Shown: one piece after another, positions 1 to 10,806 of the stretch | Position numbering within the stretch: position 1 is the stretch's first letter | Layout: every line of letters starts with the position of its first letter | The notes under the pieces: model-generated | Told to the model about the DNA's origin: nothing | The model's database searches: none | The model's input: only the letters and a program-made list of their open reading frames with translations | Assembly (NCBI GenBank): GCA_963846575.1 | Contig: CAWJWJ010000002.1 | Coordinates: forward strand, 96,001 to 160,000 | From: an uncultured Nitrospiraceae bacterium | GTDB lineage: Bacteria; Nitrospirota; Nitrospiria; Nitrospirales; Nitrospiraceae | Length of the DNA stretch: 64,000 nucleotides | Direction: 5' to 3' | Made by a program: the position numbers and the translations under genes

Positions 1-2
1 AA

Positions 3-248
3 GCCTCGAAAGTGTCCCGAGTAGTTTATCCGGCGATTCAGACGTTTCCTTTCTTGACGCAGCTGTACAGGACTTTCCACACCAGAGTGCTCTTCTTTCA
101 AAAACAAGTTGCAGCCAGTGGTCTTGAATCGGAAGGTAAAGAGATCGAATCTCGCCGAGAAGCCGAGTGCGCATACTCGCCTGACACGAACGATCATGCG
201 CCGGCCCAATCTGGCAGGAGCAATATGCGTCACGTCTTGGAAAGTTAA
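3..248 (+). CDS. 3' end of an upstream CDS (partial, product unknown)
   Basis: Frame is open from the window edge to TAA at 246-248, directly before the flippase gene. Confidence 0.35.
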   Translation, partial: ASKVSRVVYPAIQTFPFLTQLYRTFHTRVLFFQKQVAASGLESEGKEIESRREAECAYSPDTNDHAPAQSGRSNMRHVLES

Positions 249-249
249 C

Positions 250-1659
250 GTGTTCAGCTGGAAGGCTGGCGCCGTACAGTCGGTGAACCGCCAAATTCTG
301 AATGCCACACTGATCATCGGAAGTCTGACGTTCTTCGTTCACGTCGGCACCTCGGCCAAAGAACTGCTGGTTGCATACCGCTTCGGCATCGCAGACGACC
401 TGGACGCCTTTCTCATCGCAGTTCTGTTGCCCACCTTAGCCGTCACAGTATTGGCCGGGTCTTTCTCTTCAGCCGTCATTCCAGTGTATTTGGAGGTGGA
501 AAAACGTAAGGGTGTGGAGGCCGCGTATGGACTTTATACGAATGTTTTGGCCGCCGCGATTGGAGTTTACCTGACGGCAACCGTGCTGCTGGCGCTGATC
601 GCGGCTCCCGTGCTTACCCTGCTCGATTTCAGCTTCACCCCAGGCAAGTTGTTCTTGACCCGTTCGTTATTCTATATGACGTTGCCGTTACTTGTGATCA
701 AAGGCATCGCCATACTTTGGGCGTCGATCTTGAATGCTGCCAATCGGTTCATATTGGCCGCCATCATTCCAGCGATTACGCCGGCGATAACGATCGTGGC
801 GCTCCTTGAGGTAGGCACGTCTTGGGGAATTTATGCGTTAGCGTTTGGAACTGTCGTGGGAGCGTTGCTGGAAGCAGCTGTTCTGGCCAGTCATTTACGG
901 CGCACAGGTATCCCGTTATGGCCGCGTTGGAATGGCTGGACGCCAGCACTGGCTCAGGTCCTGCGACAGTACCGCTCCTTGGTGGTAGGAGCGGCCTTGA
1001 TGAGCAGCACCACGTTCGTAGATCAGGCAATGGCCGCGATGCTGGGGCCGGGAAGTGTTGCTGCCTTGAGCTATGGCGGCAAGGTATTGTCGTTTATGGT
1101 GGTCGTAGGTGCAACAGCACTCGGTACGGCTGTGCTGCCGCATTTCTCAAAGATGGTGGCGGCCGGGGATTGGAGCGGACTACGTCATACCGTCCAGACA
1201 TATGTCAGACTCATCTTGTGGATCACCATTCCTGTAACTTGTGTCACCGTAGCGCTCTCCGAACCTCTCGCGCAGGTGCTCTTTCAGCGGGGCGCTTTCA
1301 CGTTTGACGACACGCAAACAGTGAGCAGAGTACAGGCCCTGCTACTGTTACAGTTGCCGTTCTATGTCATCGGAATTCTCATCGTCCGGCTGATATCCTC
1401 TTTGAAGGCGAACTCCATTCTGATGTGGGGTTGCGTGATGAATTTCGTCCTCAATGTAGTGTTGAATTATGTCTTGATGCAGTGGCTCCAGGTAGCCGGT
1501 ATCGCCCTGTCCACGGCCATTGTAATCATGGTGTCCTCAGGGTACCTAGGCCTCATGCTAATGCGCCTACTCAAAGCCCGTGAGACCGCACAGGTCGACG
1601 TGACGGAATCCCGCGACTTCATGAGTCAGCCGGTCACACATCATCAGCATTCCGGATAA
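250..1659 (+). CDS. MurJ/MviN-like (MOP family) flippase
   Basis: Many TM helices; MviN-like motifs AYRFGIADDLDAF, GPGSVAALSY, LFQRGAFT. Start uncertain (ORF open from 109, GTG at 250 chosen). Confidence 0.8.
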   Translation: MFSWKAGAVQSVNRQILNATLIIGSLTFFVHVGTSAKELLVAYRFGIADDLDAFLIAVLLPTLAVTVLAGSFSSAVIPVYLEVEKRKGVEAAYGLYTNVLAAAIGVYLTATVLLALIAAPVLTLLDFSFTPGKLFLTRSLFYMTLPLLVIKGIAILWASILNAANRFILAAIIPAITPAITIVALLEVGTSWGIYALAFGTVVGALLEAAVLASHLRRTGIPLWPRWNGWTPALAQVLRQYRSLVVGAALMSSTTFVDQAMAAMLGPGSVAALSYGGKVLSFMVVVGATALGTAVLPHFSKMVAAGDWSGLRHTVQTYVRLILWITIPVTCVTVALSEPLAQVLFQRGAFTFDDTQTVSRVQALLLLQLPFYVIGILIVRLISSLKANSILMWGCVMNFVLNVVLNYVLMQWLQVAGIALSTAIVIMVSSGYLGLMLMRLLKARETAQVDVTESRDFMSQPVTHHQHSG

Positions 1660-1755
1660 AGAACGTATCGCTGGCGTGCCGGATCCCCGTAGCTATGCGT
1701 CAACCGAGGCGCTGCCCTGAAAATCCAAGTATCTGTGGAGGAGTTGCCTGCTTCC

Positions 1756-2883
1756 ATGAGGATCATGTTCCTGATTCGTTCGCTGGATTGGTATGGCGGG
1801 GCTCAGCGGCAGCTTGTCAACTTAGCACGTGGCCTCTCACGGACGCGCCACGACGTGGTCGTGGTGACCTATTATCCGGACGTCCTGCTCGAACGCGAAC
1901 TGAAAGAGGCCGGGGTAGAGGTGCGCAGTCTGGAGAAACGGAGTCGCTGGGACCTCCTGCGGCCGATCGTGACCTTTGTGCGTCTGGTGCGGGAGTGTGA
2001 GCCGACTGTGCTGCATGGCTATCTCAGCACGGCCAACATTCTGGCGGTATTGGTCAAGGCATACAACCCGCGGCTTAAGGTGGTCTGGGGTTTGCGCGCC
2101 TCAAATATGCACTGGGAAGAGTATGACTGGCTCCATAAATTGTCCTTTGTCAGTGAACGAATTCTGTCACGATTTGCCGACCTGCTCATCGTCAATTCCT
2201 ATGCCGGTCGGAGCCACTATGGGTCCTCCGGTTTTCCCCTCGACAAGATGATCGTCATTCACAATGGGATCGACACCAACCGCTTTCGGCCCGACAAGGA
2301 GGCCGGCAGGGCGATGCGAAACCGGTGGGGCATAAGTGAAAACGAACGGGTGGTGTGTCTGGTGGGGCGTTTAGATCCCATGAAAGACCATGCCACGTTC
2401 TTCAGGGCCGCCGCTTTATTATCGCAACATCGCTCCGATGTCCGGTTCATTTGCGTGGGCAAGGGTACAAGAGATTACGAGAACGAGCTTCGCGCTCGCG
2501 CCGAGCGAGAGGGTGTCTCGGATCTCATCATGTGGGCGGGGTGTTTCTATGACATGAGACCGGTGTATAACGCGTGCGATGTCGTCGTTTCGTCGTCGAT
2601 GTGGGGAGAGGGATTCTCCAATGTGCTTGCCGAGGCGATCGCCTGTGGCATTCCCTGCGTCGCCACGGATGTCGGCGATAACGCGTTGCTCTTCTCCGAG
2701 ACGGTAGGTAGGCTGGTACCGCCCATGGATCCCGCTTCATTGGCCGAGGCCATCCAGGCTGTGCTCAATTCGGATCGAGCGCATCAACCAGGGACTCTGC
2801 ATGAGCAGCTGGTTCGGTCCTTTGGCTGTGAGCAGCTGGTTCGGGCGACGGAGGAGCATTTGGCTCGACTAGCATGTCGCTGA
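1756..2883 (+). CDS. Glycosyltransferase family 4 (GT-B)
   Basis: GGAQRQL N-terminus, GRLDPMKDH, EGFSNVLAEA (EX7E), PCVATDVGD. Confidence 0.9.
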   Translation: MRIMFLIRSLDWYGGAQRQLVNLARGLSRTRHDVVVVTYYPDVLLERELKEAGVEVRSLEKRSRWDLLRPIVTFVRLVRECEPTVLHGYLSTANILAVLVKAYNPRLKVVWGLRASNMHWEEYDWLHKLSFVSERILSRFADLLIVNSYAGRSHYGSSGFPLDKMIVIHNGIDTNRFRPDKEAGRAMRNRWGISENERVVCLVGRLDPMKDHATFFRAAALLSQHRSDVRFICVGKGTRDYENELRARAEREGVSDLIMWAGCFYDMRPVYNACDVVVSSSMWGEGFSNVLAEAIACGIPCVATDVGDNALLFSETVGRLVPPMDPASLAEAIQAVLNSDRAHQPGTLHEQLVRSFGCEQLVRATEEHLARLACR

Positions 2884-4127
2884 TGCATGGAACCTTCATC
2901 CTTGTGGCGGTTGCGGGCTGTGCGTATTTTCTCTTCTGTCTGCGACAGTTCGACTTTTTCTCCGTAGCGTTCTTCTCCGCCTGCGCGTACTTTTTACCGG
3001 GGTTCTTTGGTTATACGATCGCTCCCGTCAGCGTGGGCGTGGCGGCGCCAGTCGATCTAGAAGACCAGACTTACTTGGTCATGATCGCCGTGTTGATCGC
3101 CATTGGGGCGGGGGCGCTTCTGTCGGATCATGCAGGCCGAAGCCATGTCACCGGTCGGAGCCTTCGGGGATCCGCCGTGGCAGCCGTGTGCGCCACCTTG
3201 CTTGCCGTGATTGGGTATGTCTTGATCTGGGCCACGGTTGGCGAGGCACTGTTTAATGACGATAAGCTCGCTATGATGGAGAGTCTCAACCGCTGGCATG
3301 TACTCGGCGCCACGGCCGCTCCGCTTGGGGCCGTGCTAGCGTATGCGAGCAGGCGGTGGTTGTTATTGACTGTCTGCATGGCCTTGCTCTTGTTCGATAT
3401 GTACATCGGTTTTCGTGTGTCCTTCGCGATCGCTCTTATCGCCATCTTCACCTTACATCTGTCCCGTCACGGGCAGCAAAGACTCCTCATACGGAACTGG
3501 CGGATCGGGTGTGTGGGGATGGGATTTGTGTTCCTGCTTTTTGTGTACAAACAAATCTATGTGGCCGTCAAACTAGGATTATGGGACGTTATTTTCGAAC
3601 GACTGACGGACACGGATCTCTACGCTTCCGCGATCTTGATGTCGGAGCCATTTAATACTCAGGCGATCTTGAATGAAGTGATCGCGCAGGACTTTCGTGT
3701 GGGCATGGAGCACTTCCAGGATGTATTGCTTCAGTTTCTGCTGTTCTCCCCGGAACTCGGCCGCACGCCGCTCTCGTTTAATGATTTTTTTCAATCCACA
3801 TTCTTTGCCAGCGATCTCGAATACGGCATGGCAAATAACATATGGGCCGAGATGGTCAGCAGCGGAGGGTGGTTCCTTTTGGGTCTTTTCCTGGTGGTTT
3901 TTGTGTCCATGTTGATGGTGGGATCCTATTGGATACGATCCCAGGATGCGACTCTCGCGGCCGGAACGGCGGTGGTGTTTAGTTACTGGGCATTCTACAT
4001 TCATAGGAATGATCTCCTGTATCAAGTTAACCTCGAAAAGAGGACCATTCTTGTGTGGATTGCATGCCTGGTGCTGTCGCGCTTCCTTGCACATGGCACA
4101 TGTCCGCCCGTGAGAATCTCATCGTAG
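2874..4127 (+). CDS. Polytopic membrane protein, probable Wzy-like polysaccharide polymerase
   Basis: About 10 hydrophobic segments with one large loop; lies inside the GT cluster. Confidence 0.6.
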   Translation: MSLMHGTFILVAVAGCAYFLFCLRQFDFFSVAFFSACAYFLPGFFGYTIAPVSVGVAAPVDLEDQTYLVMIAVLIAIGAGALLSDHAGRSHVTGRSLRGSAVAAVCATLLAVIGYVLIWATVGEALFNDDKLAMMESLNRWHVLGATAAPLGAVLAYASRRWLLLTVCMALLLFDMYIGFRVSFAIALIAIFTLHLSRHGQQRLLIRNWRIGCVGMGFVFLLFVYKQIYVAVKLGLWDVIFERLTDTDLYASAILMSEPFNTQAILNEVIAQDFRVGMEHFQDVLLQFLLFSPELGRTPLSFNDFFQSTFFASDLEYGMANNIWAEMVSSGGWFLLGLFLVVFVSMLMVGSYWIRSQDATLAAGTAVVFSYWAFYIHRNDLLYQVNLEKRTILVWIACLVLSRFLAHGTCPPVRISS

Positions 4128-4146
4128 GGCTTCAGGGAAGGGCAGC

Positions 4147-5181
4147 GTGGCATCCGAAATCAGAAAGATTATGCACTTGATCACCACCTCCGAAATTGGC
4201 GGTGCGGAAATCCAACTGGAGCGGCTACTTGCCCATATGGATCACCCATCGTTGCGACACTGCGTCGTATCCATGGCCAGACCCGGAGTAATAGCTGAGA
4301 AAATCCGGTCCCGTGGAATCCAAGTGTACAGTCTTAACATTAATCGTGGAGCGTTGAGTGTTTCTAGTGTATCGGGGCTACTGAAGCTCGTTGGTTTGGT
4401 TCGCAGCGAAAGGCCAGCGATTATTCAATCATGGATGTATCACGCGAGCCTACTAGGTGTCTTGGTGGGGAAGCTCATGGGCATCTCTTTGGTGTTTTGG
4501 AATATACGCTGCGCAGAAATGGATATGGCACACTATCCCAAACTTACCAAATTAGTGATACAAACGCTGCGTCATATGTCTCGACTTCCACAGCTCGTTA
4601 TTGTGAATTCAGAAGCAGGGCGCCTGGCGCATATACGAAAAGGTTTTTCTCCGGAGATATTCCAGGTCATTCCAAATGGGTTCGAGCTTGACCGCTTTCG
4701 TCCGGATGATTCTGCTCGAGAATGGTTTCTTCAGGAGTTCGGCGTGGCACGAGATGCTGTCATCGTAGGTCTTGTCGCTCGCTATGATCCTATGAAGGAC
4801 CACAAGATGTTCCTTGCTGCAATCAGTCAGGTTCATGCTGTGCACCCAATGGCAGTTTTTGTACTGTGTGGGAAGGATGTGGATGAGGGCAATTCCGTTC
4901 TGAGTAACCTCATTCAGTCCAGCGTCCGCCGGGGGCGGCGGGGTGGGGTTCCATGCGTCGTCACGGATGTTGGGGATTCAGGTTTGATTGTCGGATCTAC
5001 AGGAAGAGTCGTTCCTGCTGGGGAGGCTGATGTCTTTGCGCAGGCATTAAGCGAGTTAATAGCCTGTGGTCGCATGGCCAGAAAGCACCTAGGCGAGCAA
5101 GCCAGAACTCGGATTGCAGAACTATTCGACATAAATCGTGTTGCAGATCGGTATAGGGAAATTTATCTCGCATGTCACTGA
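4147..5181 (+). CDS. Glycosyltransferase family 4 with an internal in-frame deletion (EX7E motif missing)
   Basis: GGAEIQL, ARYDPMKDH, PCVVTDVGD; about 38 aa shorter than the 1756 paralog near 4920-4945. Confidence 0.75.
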   Translation: MASEIRKIMHLITTSEIGGAEIQLERLLAHMDHPSLRHCVVSMARPGVIAEKIRSRGIQVYSLNINRGALSVSSVSGLLKLVGLVRSERPAIIQSWMYHASLLGVLVGKLMGISLVFWNIRCAEMDMAHYPKLTKLVIQTLRHMSRLPQLVIVNSEAGRLAHIRKGFSPEIFQVIPNGFELDRFRPDDSAREWFLQEFGVARDAVIVGLVARYDPMKDHKMFLAAISQVHAVHPMAVFVLCGKDVDEGNSVLSNLIQSSVRRGRRGGVPCVVTDVGDSGLIVGSTGRVVPAGEADVFAQALSELIACGRMARKHLGEQARTRIAELFDINRVADRYREIYLACH

Positions 5182-5306
5182 CCAAGCTTTGTCCGAAAAT
5201 GCGATGTAAGTACCAGCGATTGTTTATGCGTCACATAACCTGAACGCATTTCGGTTGCACTCGATCGCCAATACATTGGTTGTGTGTCACATGGGGGGGA
5301 GGGCGC

Positions 5307-6401
5307 ATGCGCATTTTGATTACCGGAGGCGCAGGGTTCATCGGATCGCATCTTGCGGAACGCTACCTGAACCGCGGGGAAGAGGTATTCATAATTGATG
5401 ATCTGTCGACCGGGTCTCTCGAAAATCTTCTTCATCTTCAGGGCAATCCCGAGATTGCGAAGCGTCTCTTTATTACCATTGATACTGTGTTGAATACAGA
5501 CGCCCTAGCCGAGTTGATCGGAATATGCGATTTGGTGGTGCATCTTGCTGCGGCAGTTGGAGTGCAGTATGTGCTGGACAATCCCCTTTCCTCAATCCTG
5601 ACGAACGTTCAGGGAACCGAGAAAGTGCTCGAACTCTGTGCCAAGTTCCGCAAGAAAGTTCTCATTGCATCCACATCGGAAGTTTATGGGAAGCATACAC
5701 ATGCACCGCTGATCGAGAGCGATGACTGTGTCTATGGTCCCTCCTCGAAGTCGCGATGGAGCTATGCTGCTTCCAAATTGATCGATGAGTTTACGGCCCT
5801 GGCCTATCATAGGAGCCGTCATCTGCCGGTCTGTATTGTTCGATTCTTCAATACTGTGGGTCCGCGCCAAACCGGGCGGTATGGGATGGTAATCCCCCGA
5901 TTTGTGGAGCAGGCTCTTAACAATCGCTCCATCACCGTCTATGGAACGGGAAGGCAAACCAGGACTTTCACTCACGTGCGCGACTCCTGCGAGGCGGTAA
6001 TGCGTCTGCTGGATTCCCCTGATGCGGTGGGGGAAGTTGTCAACGTGGGGGGAACTGAAGAAATATCTATGCTCGAACTAGCGCATCGCATTAGAAAAAA
6101 AGTGGGCTGCAATGCACAACCTCAACTTGTCCCTTATGATCAGGTCTTCCCCCATTATTTTGAGGATATGCACCGGCGCGTGCCGTCAACTGCTAAGTTG
6201 CGGGCGCTCACAGACTTTTCCCCATGTACCGGACTAGACGAGATTTTAGAGGATGTTATAAGTCATTACCGTGCAAGTAATCACGCTACGCCGTGCCTTA
6301 TTGCAAGAGCAGATTCCAAACATGCCACAACCGCTCCGTTTGGCGACGAGATTGAAACCACCTATTTAACGCGACCTCTGAACAGTGAGCAAATGCTCTG
6401 A
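5307..6401 (+). CDS. NAD-dependent nucleotide-sugar epimerase/dehydratase (extended SDR)
   Basis: TGGAGFIGSH, STSEVYG, YAASK (YxxxK), RFFNTVGPRQ. Confidence 0.9.
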   Translation: MRILITGGAGFIGSHLAERYLNRGEEVFIIDDLSTGSLENLLHLQGNPEIAKRLFITIDTVLNTDALAELIGICDLVVHLAAAVGVQYVLDNPLSSILTNVQGTEKVLELCAKFRKKVLIASTSEVYGKHTHAPLIESDDCVYGPSSKSRWSYAASKLIDEFTALAYHRSRHLPVCIVRFFNTVGPRQTGRYGMVIPRFVEQALNNRSITVYGTGRQTRTFTHVRDSCEAVMRLLDSPDAVGEVVNVGGTEEISMLELAHRIRKKVGCNAQPQLVPYDQVFPHYFEDMHRRVPSTAKLRALTDFSPCTGLDEILEDVISHYRASNHATPCLIARADSKHATTAPFGDEIETTYLTRPLNSEQML

Positions 6402-6570
6402 TGTTTCAGGAATAACAGGGGCCTAATTTAATTGTTCCTGGAGTAAGGCCTGATCTGACCGGAAACTGCCTAAGCCCCATAAGAGTCTGGTTACCGCACC
6501 GGGTTGCGGCCGGATGATAAACCGCACATTTTAGCTTGGCGGCGTGGGGAGGGTGAGGCGTTGTCTCGTC

Positions 6571-7800
6571 ATGACTAATCGCATTTCGCAGAAGAGACCG
6601 ATCCGAGTAATCCGCATTATAGATCGCCTTAATATTGGTGGACCCTCGAAACATGTGGTGTGGCTAACGGCCGCGCTTAATCATGACGATTTTGAGACAA
6701 TACTTGTCACCGGACAGGTTACACCTGACGAAGGGGACATGCGCTACTTTGCTGATGCGGCGGGTGTCACGCCGGTAGTGATTCCTCAACTTAGCCGTAC
6801 AGTAACTTTCAGTGATTTCCTCGTAATTTTTCAGCTTGTCCGCCTTTTCATTCAACTGCGTCCGCACATAATTCACACCCATAAAGCCAAAGCTGGTGCC
6901 ACAGGCCGGATTGCGGCATGGATCTATCGATGGATGACACCTTCATGTATATGGTTACAACCTCGCTCTTGCCATGTTGTTCACACATTTCATGGCCATA
7001 TCTTCCATGCGTATTTCTCAGCAGCCAGGACGCGGTTCGTTTTGATGCTGGAGCGAATCTTGTCCTATGTCGCTACGGATAAGATCATCGCTCTAAGCTG
7101 GAGACAATACGATGAATTGGTTTTCCGGTATCGGATCGGATTGCCGTCGCAGTTTCGCGTCATTCCTTTAGGGCTAGACCTAAAGGAGGTTCCCGGAGGA
7201 GGACTTCGCGGAGAGTTCGGAATCCAATCAGAGGTGCCCTTGATCGGATTTGTTGGGCGCCTGTGTGAAATTAAGAATCTGGGCATGCTTATAGAGGCAG
7301 TCCACCGCCTTATTAACAGCGGAGTTCATGCCAAATTCATACTTATTGGGGACGGTCCATTAGGCCGAAAGCTTAAAGCTCAAGTTGAACAGCTTGGCCT
7401 AGCCGAATACGTATTCTTCACTGGCTTTAGAAAGAACACAGCGTCACTTTACATGGACCTCGATGTTGTCGTCCTAAGCTCCCTTAATGAAGGAACGCCC
7501 CTAACATTAATTGAAGCGATGGCCGCGAGTCGGGCAGTTGCGTCCACCGAAGTCGGCGGTGTGCTGGATCTGATGGGACAACGTCATTTAGCTTCTGAGC
7601 ACTTCACGATTTGGGACCATGGTGTAACGGTTCGCAGTGGCGATTCGGAAGGGCTTGCACAAGGACTTATGTATTTAATTAATGGCAAGGGAGAACGGCA
7701 AGCCATGGGCGAGCGCGGTCGGATTTTTGTGCAAGAAAATTATTCAGTCAGTCGTCTGGTGAAGGATCTTGAGACGCTATATTTGGAGTTGAAGTCATGA
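6571..7800 (+). CDS. Glycosyltransferase family 4
   Basis: RLNIGGP, HTFHGH, NEGTPLTLIEAMA, TEVGGV. Confidence 0.9.
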   Translation: MTNRISQKRPIRVIRIIDRLNIGGPSKHVVWLTAALNHDDFETILVTGQVTPDEGDMRYFADAAGVTPVVIPQLSRTVTFSDFLVIFQLVRLFIQLRPHIIHTHKAKAGATGRIAAWIYRWMTPSCIWLQPRSCHVVHTFHGHIFHAYFSAARTRFVLMLERILSYVATDKIIALSWRQYDELVFRYRIGLPSQFRVIPLGLDLKEVPGGGLRGEFGIQSEVPLIGFVGRLCEIKNLGMLIEAVHRLINSGVHAKFILIGDGPLGRKLKAQVEQLGLAEYVFFTGFRKNTASLYMDLDVVVLSSLNEGTPLTLIEAMAASRAVASTEVGGVLDLMGQRHLASEHFTIWDHGVTVRSGDSEGLAQGLMYLINGKGERQAMGERGRIFVQENYSVSRLVKDLETLYLELKS

Positions 7801-8921
7801 CAGGCGTTTCACCGGCGACTCTTACATACGTCGTTCTGGCCTTCGCCGGCGCCGCTCTCGGCACATTCATCATCCGGCACATGGCGCGGCGATTCGGTCT
7901 GTTCGCAAGGCCTCGCGCCGATAGATGGCATCAGCAGCCCGTCGCTCTTCACGGCGGGGTGGGCTTCTATCCTCCGTTTCTGGTGACTGCCTGCCTCCTG
8001 CTCTGGGGTGCCGCGGGGATAGGCTCGACAGCAGAGTCAGACTGGATACATTTTCTGCCCGCCTATCTGAAATTGGGTGTTGCCTTGCTCGCAGGATCCT
8101 TGCTCATGTTTGTGGTCGGATTATGGGACGATATCTGCAATCTTCGGCCTGTGACGAAACTTATTTGTCAGCTCGTGGCCGCCAGTTTATTCATTCTTGC
8201 CGGAGGCACGTTGCTCCGGACCGACAGTGAGGTGTTGAATCAGGTGGTCACTTATCTCTGGCTGGTTGGAATCACCAATGCCGTCAACATGTTGGACAAT
8301 ATGGACGGGCTCGCCTCAGGCGTTGTGATTCTAGGGAGCTCAACCCTTGCCGTTCTCGCCTGGGGGACGGGCGCGAGCGTGGGGGCCTCTCTCGGAGCTT
8401 CCCTCGGGGTACTGTTGGCGGCTGCTCTCGCCGGTTTCCTGGTCTTCAACTGCTCTCCCGCATCAATCTTCATGGGCGACTCGGGCAGTCTCTCGATCGG
8501 TTATCTGGTAGCGGGGTTGGCGGTACCCAGTTCGCTGAACGGGTACTTGGGCCTCTCGCTCTCCAACGGCCTTCTGGGCAATAGCAGTGCGGTTATCATT
8601 CCCGTACTCGCACTGTGCGTTCCGATTTATGATACAACCTTGGTGACAGTGACCAGGATATGGCGTGCCCAGCCCATTTCACGGGGCGGGTGTGACCACA
8701 TCTCCCATCGTCTGGTCCAACTTGGACTCCCGGAATCCACAACCGTCCGCATTCTATACCTGTTATCGGGAGCCGGTTGCAGTCTGGCTTTCCTTGCGCA
8801 ACGCTTCCCGCTTCAGACTTCTCCATTGCTGGTGCTGTTTTTTAGCTTCCTTATCGTCAGTGGGGTATATGTGGGTCGCGTGGAAGTGATGGGTGCTTAC
8901 CCTGCCCGGTTCCGAGAATGA
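7797..8921 (+). CDS. WecA/MraY-like polyprenyl-phosphate HexNAc-1-phosphate transferase
   Basis: GLWDD, NAVNMLDNMDGL, IFMGDSGS, DHISHRL motifs; multi-TM. Confidence 0.88.
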   Translation: MTGVSPATLTYVVLAFAGAALGTFIIRHMARRFGLFARPRADRWHQQPVALHGGVGFYPPFLVTACLLLWGAAGIGSTAESDWIHFLPAYLKLGVALLAGSLLMFVVGLWDDICNLRPVTKLICQLVAASLFILAGGTLLRTDSEVLNQVVTYLWLVGITNAVNMLDNMDGLASGVVILGSSTLAVLAWGTGASVGASLGASLGVLLAAALAGFLVFNCSPASIFMGDSGSLSIGYLVAGLAVPSSLNGYLGLSLSNGLLGNSSAVIIPVLALCVPIYDTTLVTVTRIWRAQPISRGGCDHISHRLVQLGLPESTTVRILYLLSGAGCSLAFLAQRFPLQTSPLLVLFFSFLIVSGVYVGRVEVMGAYPARFRE

Positions 8922-9031
8922 CAGGTCACAATTGGGGCGCAATACGGCATGGGGGTAGCCTACGATCACCAATCTCGCTACGGTTTCGACGACCTTCCTA
9001 TACAACTTATTCGGTTCTATCTGTTGTGCAG

Positions 9032-10673
9032 ATGTCCAATGTCCCTGTATGGGTCCGCTGCTTGATACTCAGCGTTTTTATCACGGAACTTGCCTTTCCT
9101 TCTCATGGTGCAGCCTCCGCGAATCTCCCACTGCATCATTGGGCCTATGAGGCCATTGAGCGGTTAGTGGCCTTGGATCTGATCGATCGAGCCCTTCTCG
9201 GCCCGAAGCCCTACAGCCGCAAGCAGGTCGCACAATACGTGGCTCGTGTCATTGTGCGCATTCGAGTCGGGGAGATGAAAATCGACGGGCGCGAAGCCAT
9301 CGCGGAGCCTCTGCTGGAACGATTGCGGACAGAGTTTCGTCCCGAACTTATCCGTCTCGGAATCGTTCATGCGAGGCCCGGAGATAAAACCGGCATGCTC
9401 CGTGCGGGAGCCCGCGTCACGACTGAATTCGATGCCTCCTCCATCGGTGGCGGTCAAACCGTCCGGTTTCGTGAGAATCGGGGCGGCGAATATTATGTGA
9501 ATGGTGTCCAGAACCAGACCGATGCCCGGGGATGGGTGGAGTTTAGCGATTGGGCCGCGCTGATGGTGCAGCCGAAATTCATCAGCAGTCGGCACCTGCT
9601 CGGTATTGGAGCCACGAACAACAGCGACAACTTCTACTTGCGGGAGTTCAGCCTCAAATTGCTCTATGCGAATATCGCATTGGAGGTCGGGCGGGGCACG
9701 CAATGGTGGGGGCCAGGGTATCACGGATCCCTCTCTGCTCACCGACCACGCCTTTCCCATGGACATGATCAAGCTGGGGACAGAACGCCCCTTTCAATTG
9801 CCGGGTTTCCTGAGCGGTCTTGGGGACTGGAAGGTCAATGCTTTTCTTGCTCAATTGGATCGGAATCGGGATTTCTCGCGAGCCAGAGTGTTCGGGCTGC
9901 GCATCAGCTGGCTCCCGGCCCGGTGGCTAGAGTTCGGATTGAACCGGCTGACGCAGTTCGGTGGACGCGGGCGGGACCAATCGTTCCCGGAAACGGTCGT
10001 CGATAGCTATATCCATCCCTCCAATCAGAGCGCGGACAAAGACGTCAACGAACAGGCGAGCGCCGATTTTCGGATCCGTATTCCTACTGTGCCGTATCTA
10101 ATTCCATTTCCTGCAGGGCTTCAGCTTTATGGGGAAATCGGCACGGAGGATAAATGGTCGCAGCTTCCTCTGCCAAGTCGGACAGCTCTATTGGGAGGCG
10201 TTTATATCCCGCAGCTGTTTGAGGGAGACACCATGGATCTGCGCATCGAATATGCGAACACAGACTTCGGGCGTCAGCGGCATCCGGAATTGGCAGGGGT
10301 CTGGTACAACAACGGGACCTACACGAGTGGGATGCGCTATCGTGGGTTTCCTCTCGGCCACCATATGGGAACTGACGGTATCGACTTTTTTGTCCGTTCC
10401 ACCAGGTATCTGACCGATACGGTGCAACTCGGCACCAATTTTAATGTTCAAGAACGGGATCGCGGGCAGCCAGTCCACGAAAGGAAACGGGAAGCGGCTG
10501 TTGATCTGACGTGGTGGTACTCCAAGGATGTGCAGTTGATGGCAGGGTACACCTTTCAGCGCTTAAAGAATCCAGGGCAGATATCCAATCTTACGCCCTT
10601 CACGGAGACCTTTGCGCCGGGCGTCGTTGCGACAAATCATCTTTTCTGGACGGGTATGATCGTGCAGTTTTGA
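9032..10673 (+). CDS. Capsule assembly Wzi-family outer-membrane protein (frameshift near 9734)
   Basis: WWGPGYHGSL continues as LLTDHA in another frame; GFPLGHHMG; C-terminal Phe. Removing one base at ctc-t-ctg joins the two ORFs. Confidence 0.75.
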
Positions 10674-10732
10674 CCATCCCGTAAGTTCCGCCGTGCCATG
10701 TGAATCGGAGCGAAGGCCCGCAGCCTCCTGTA

Positions 10733-10761
10733 TTGACGAGCAGAAGCTTATTCGCTAGTGT
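10733..10761 (+). promoter_or_regulatory. Putative sigma70 promoter
   Basis: TTGACG-N17-TAGTGT upstream of the 10807 CDS. Confidence 0.45.
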
Positions 10762-10806
10762 GACTCCCTCATACGGTGGAATTCCTTTTTAGGTATTTAT
10801 AGAACT

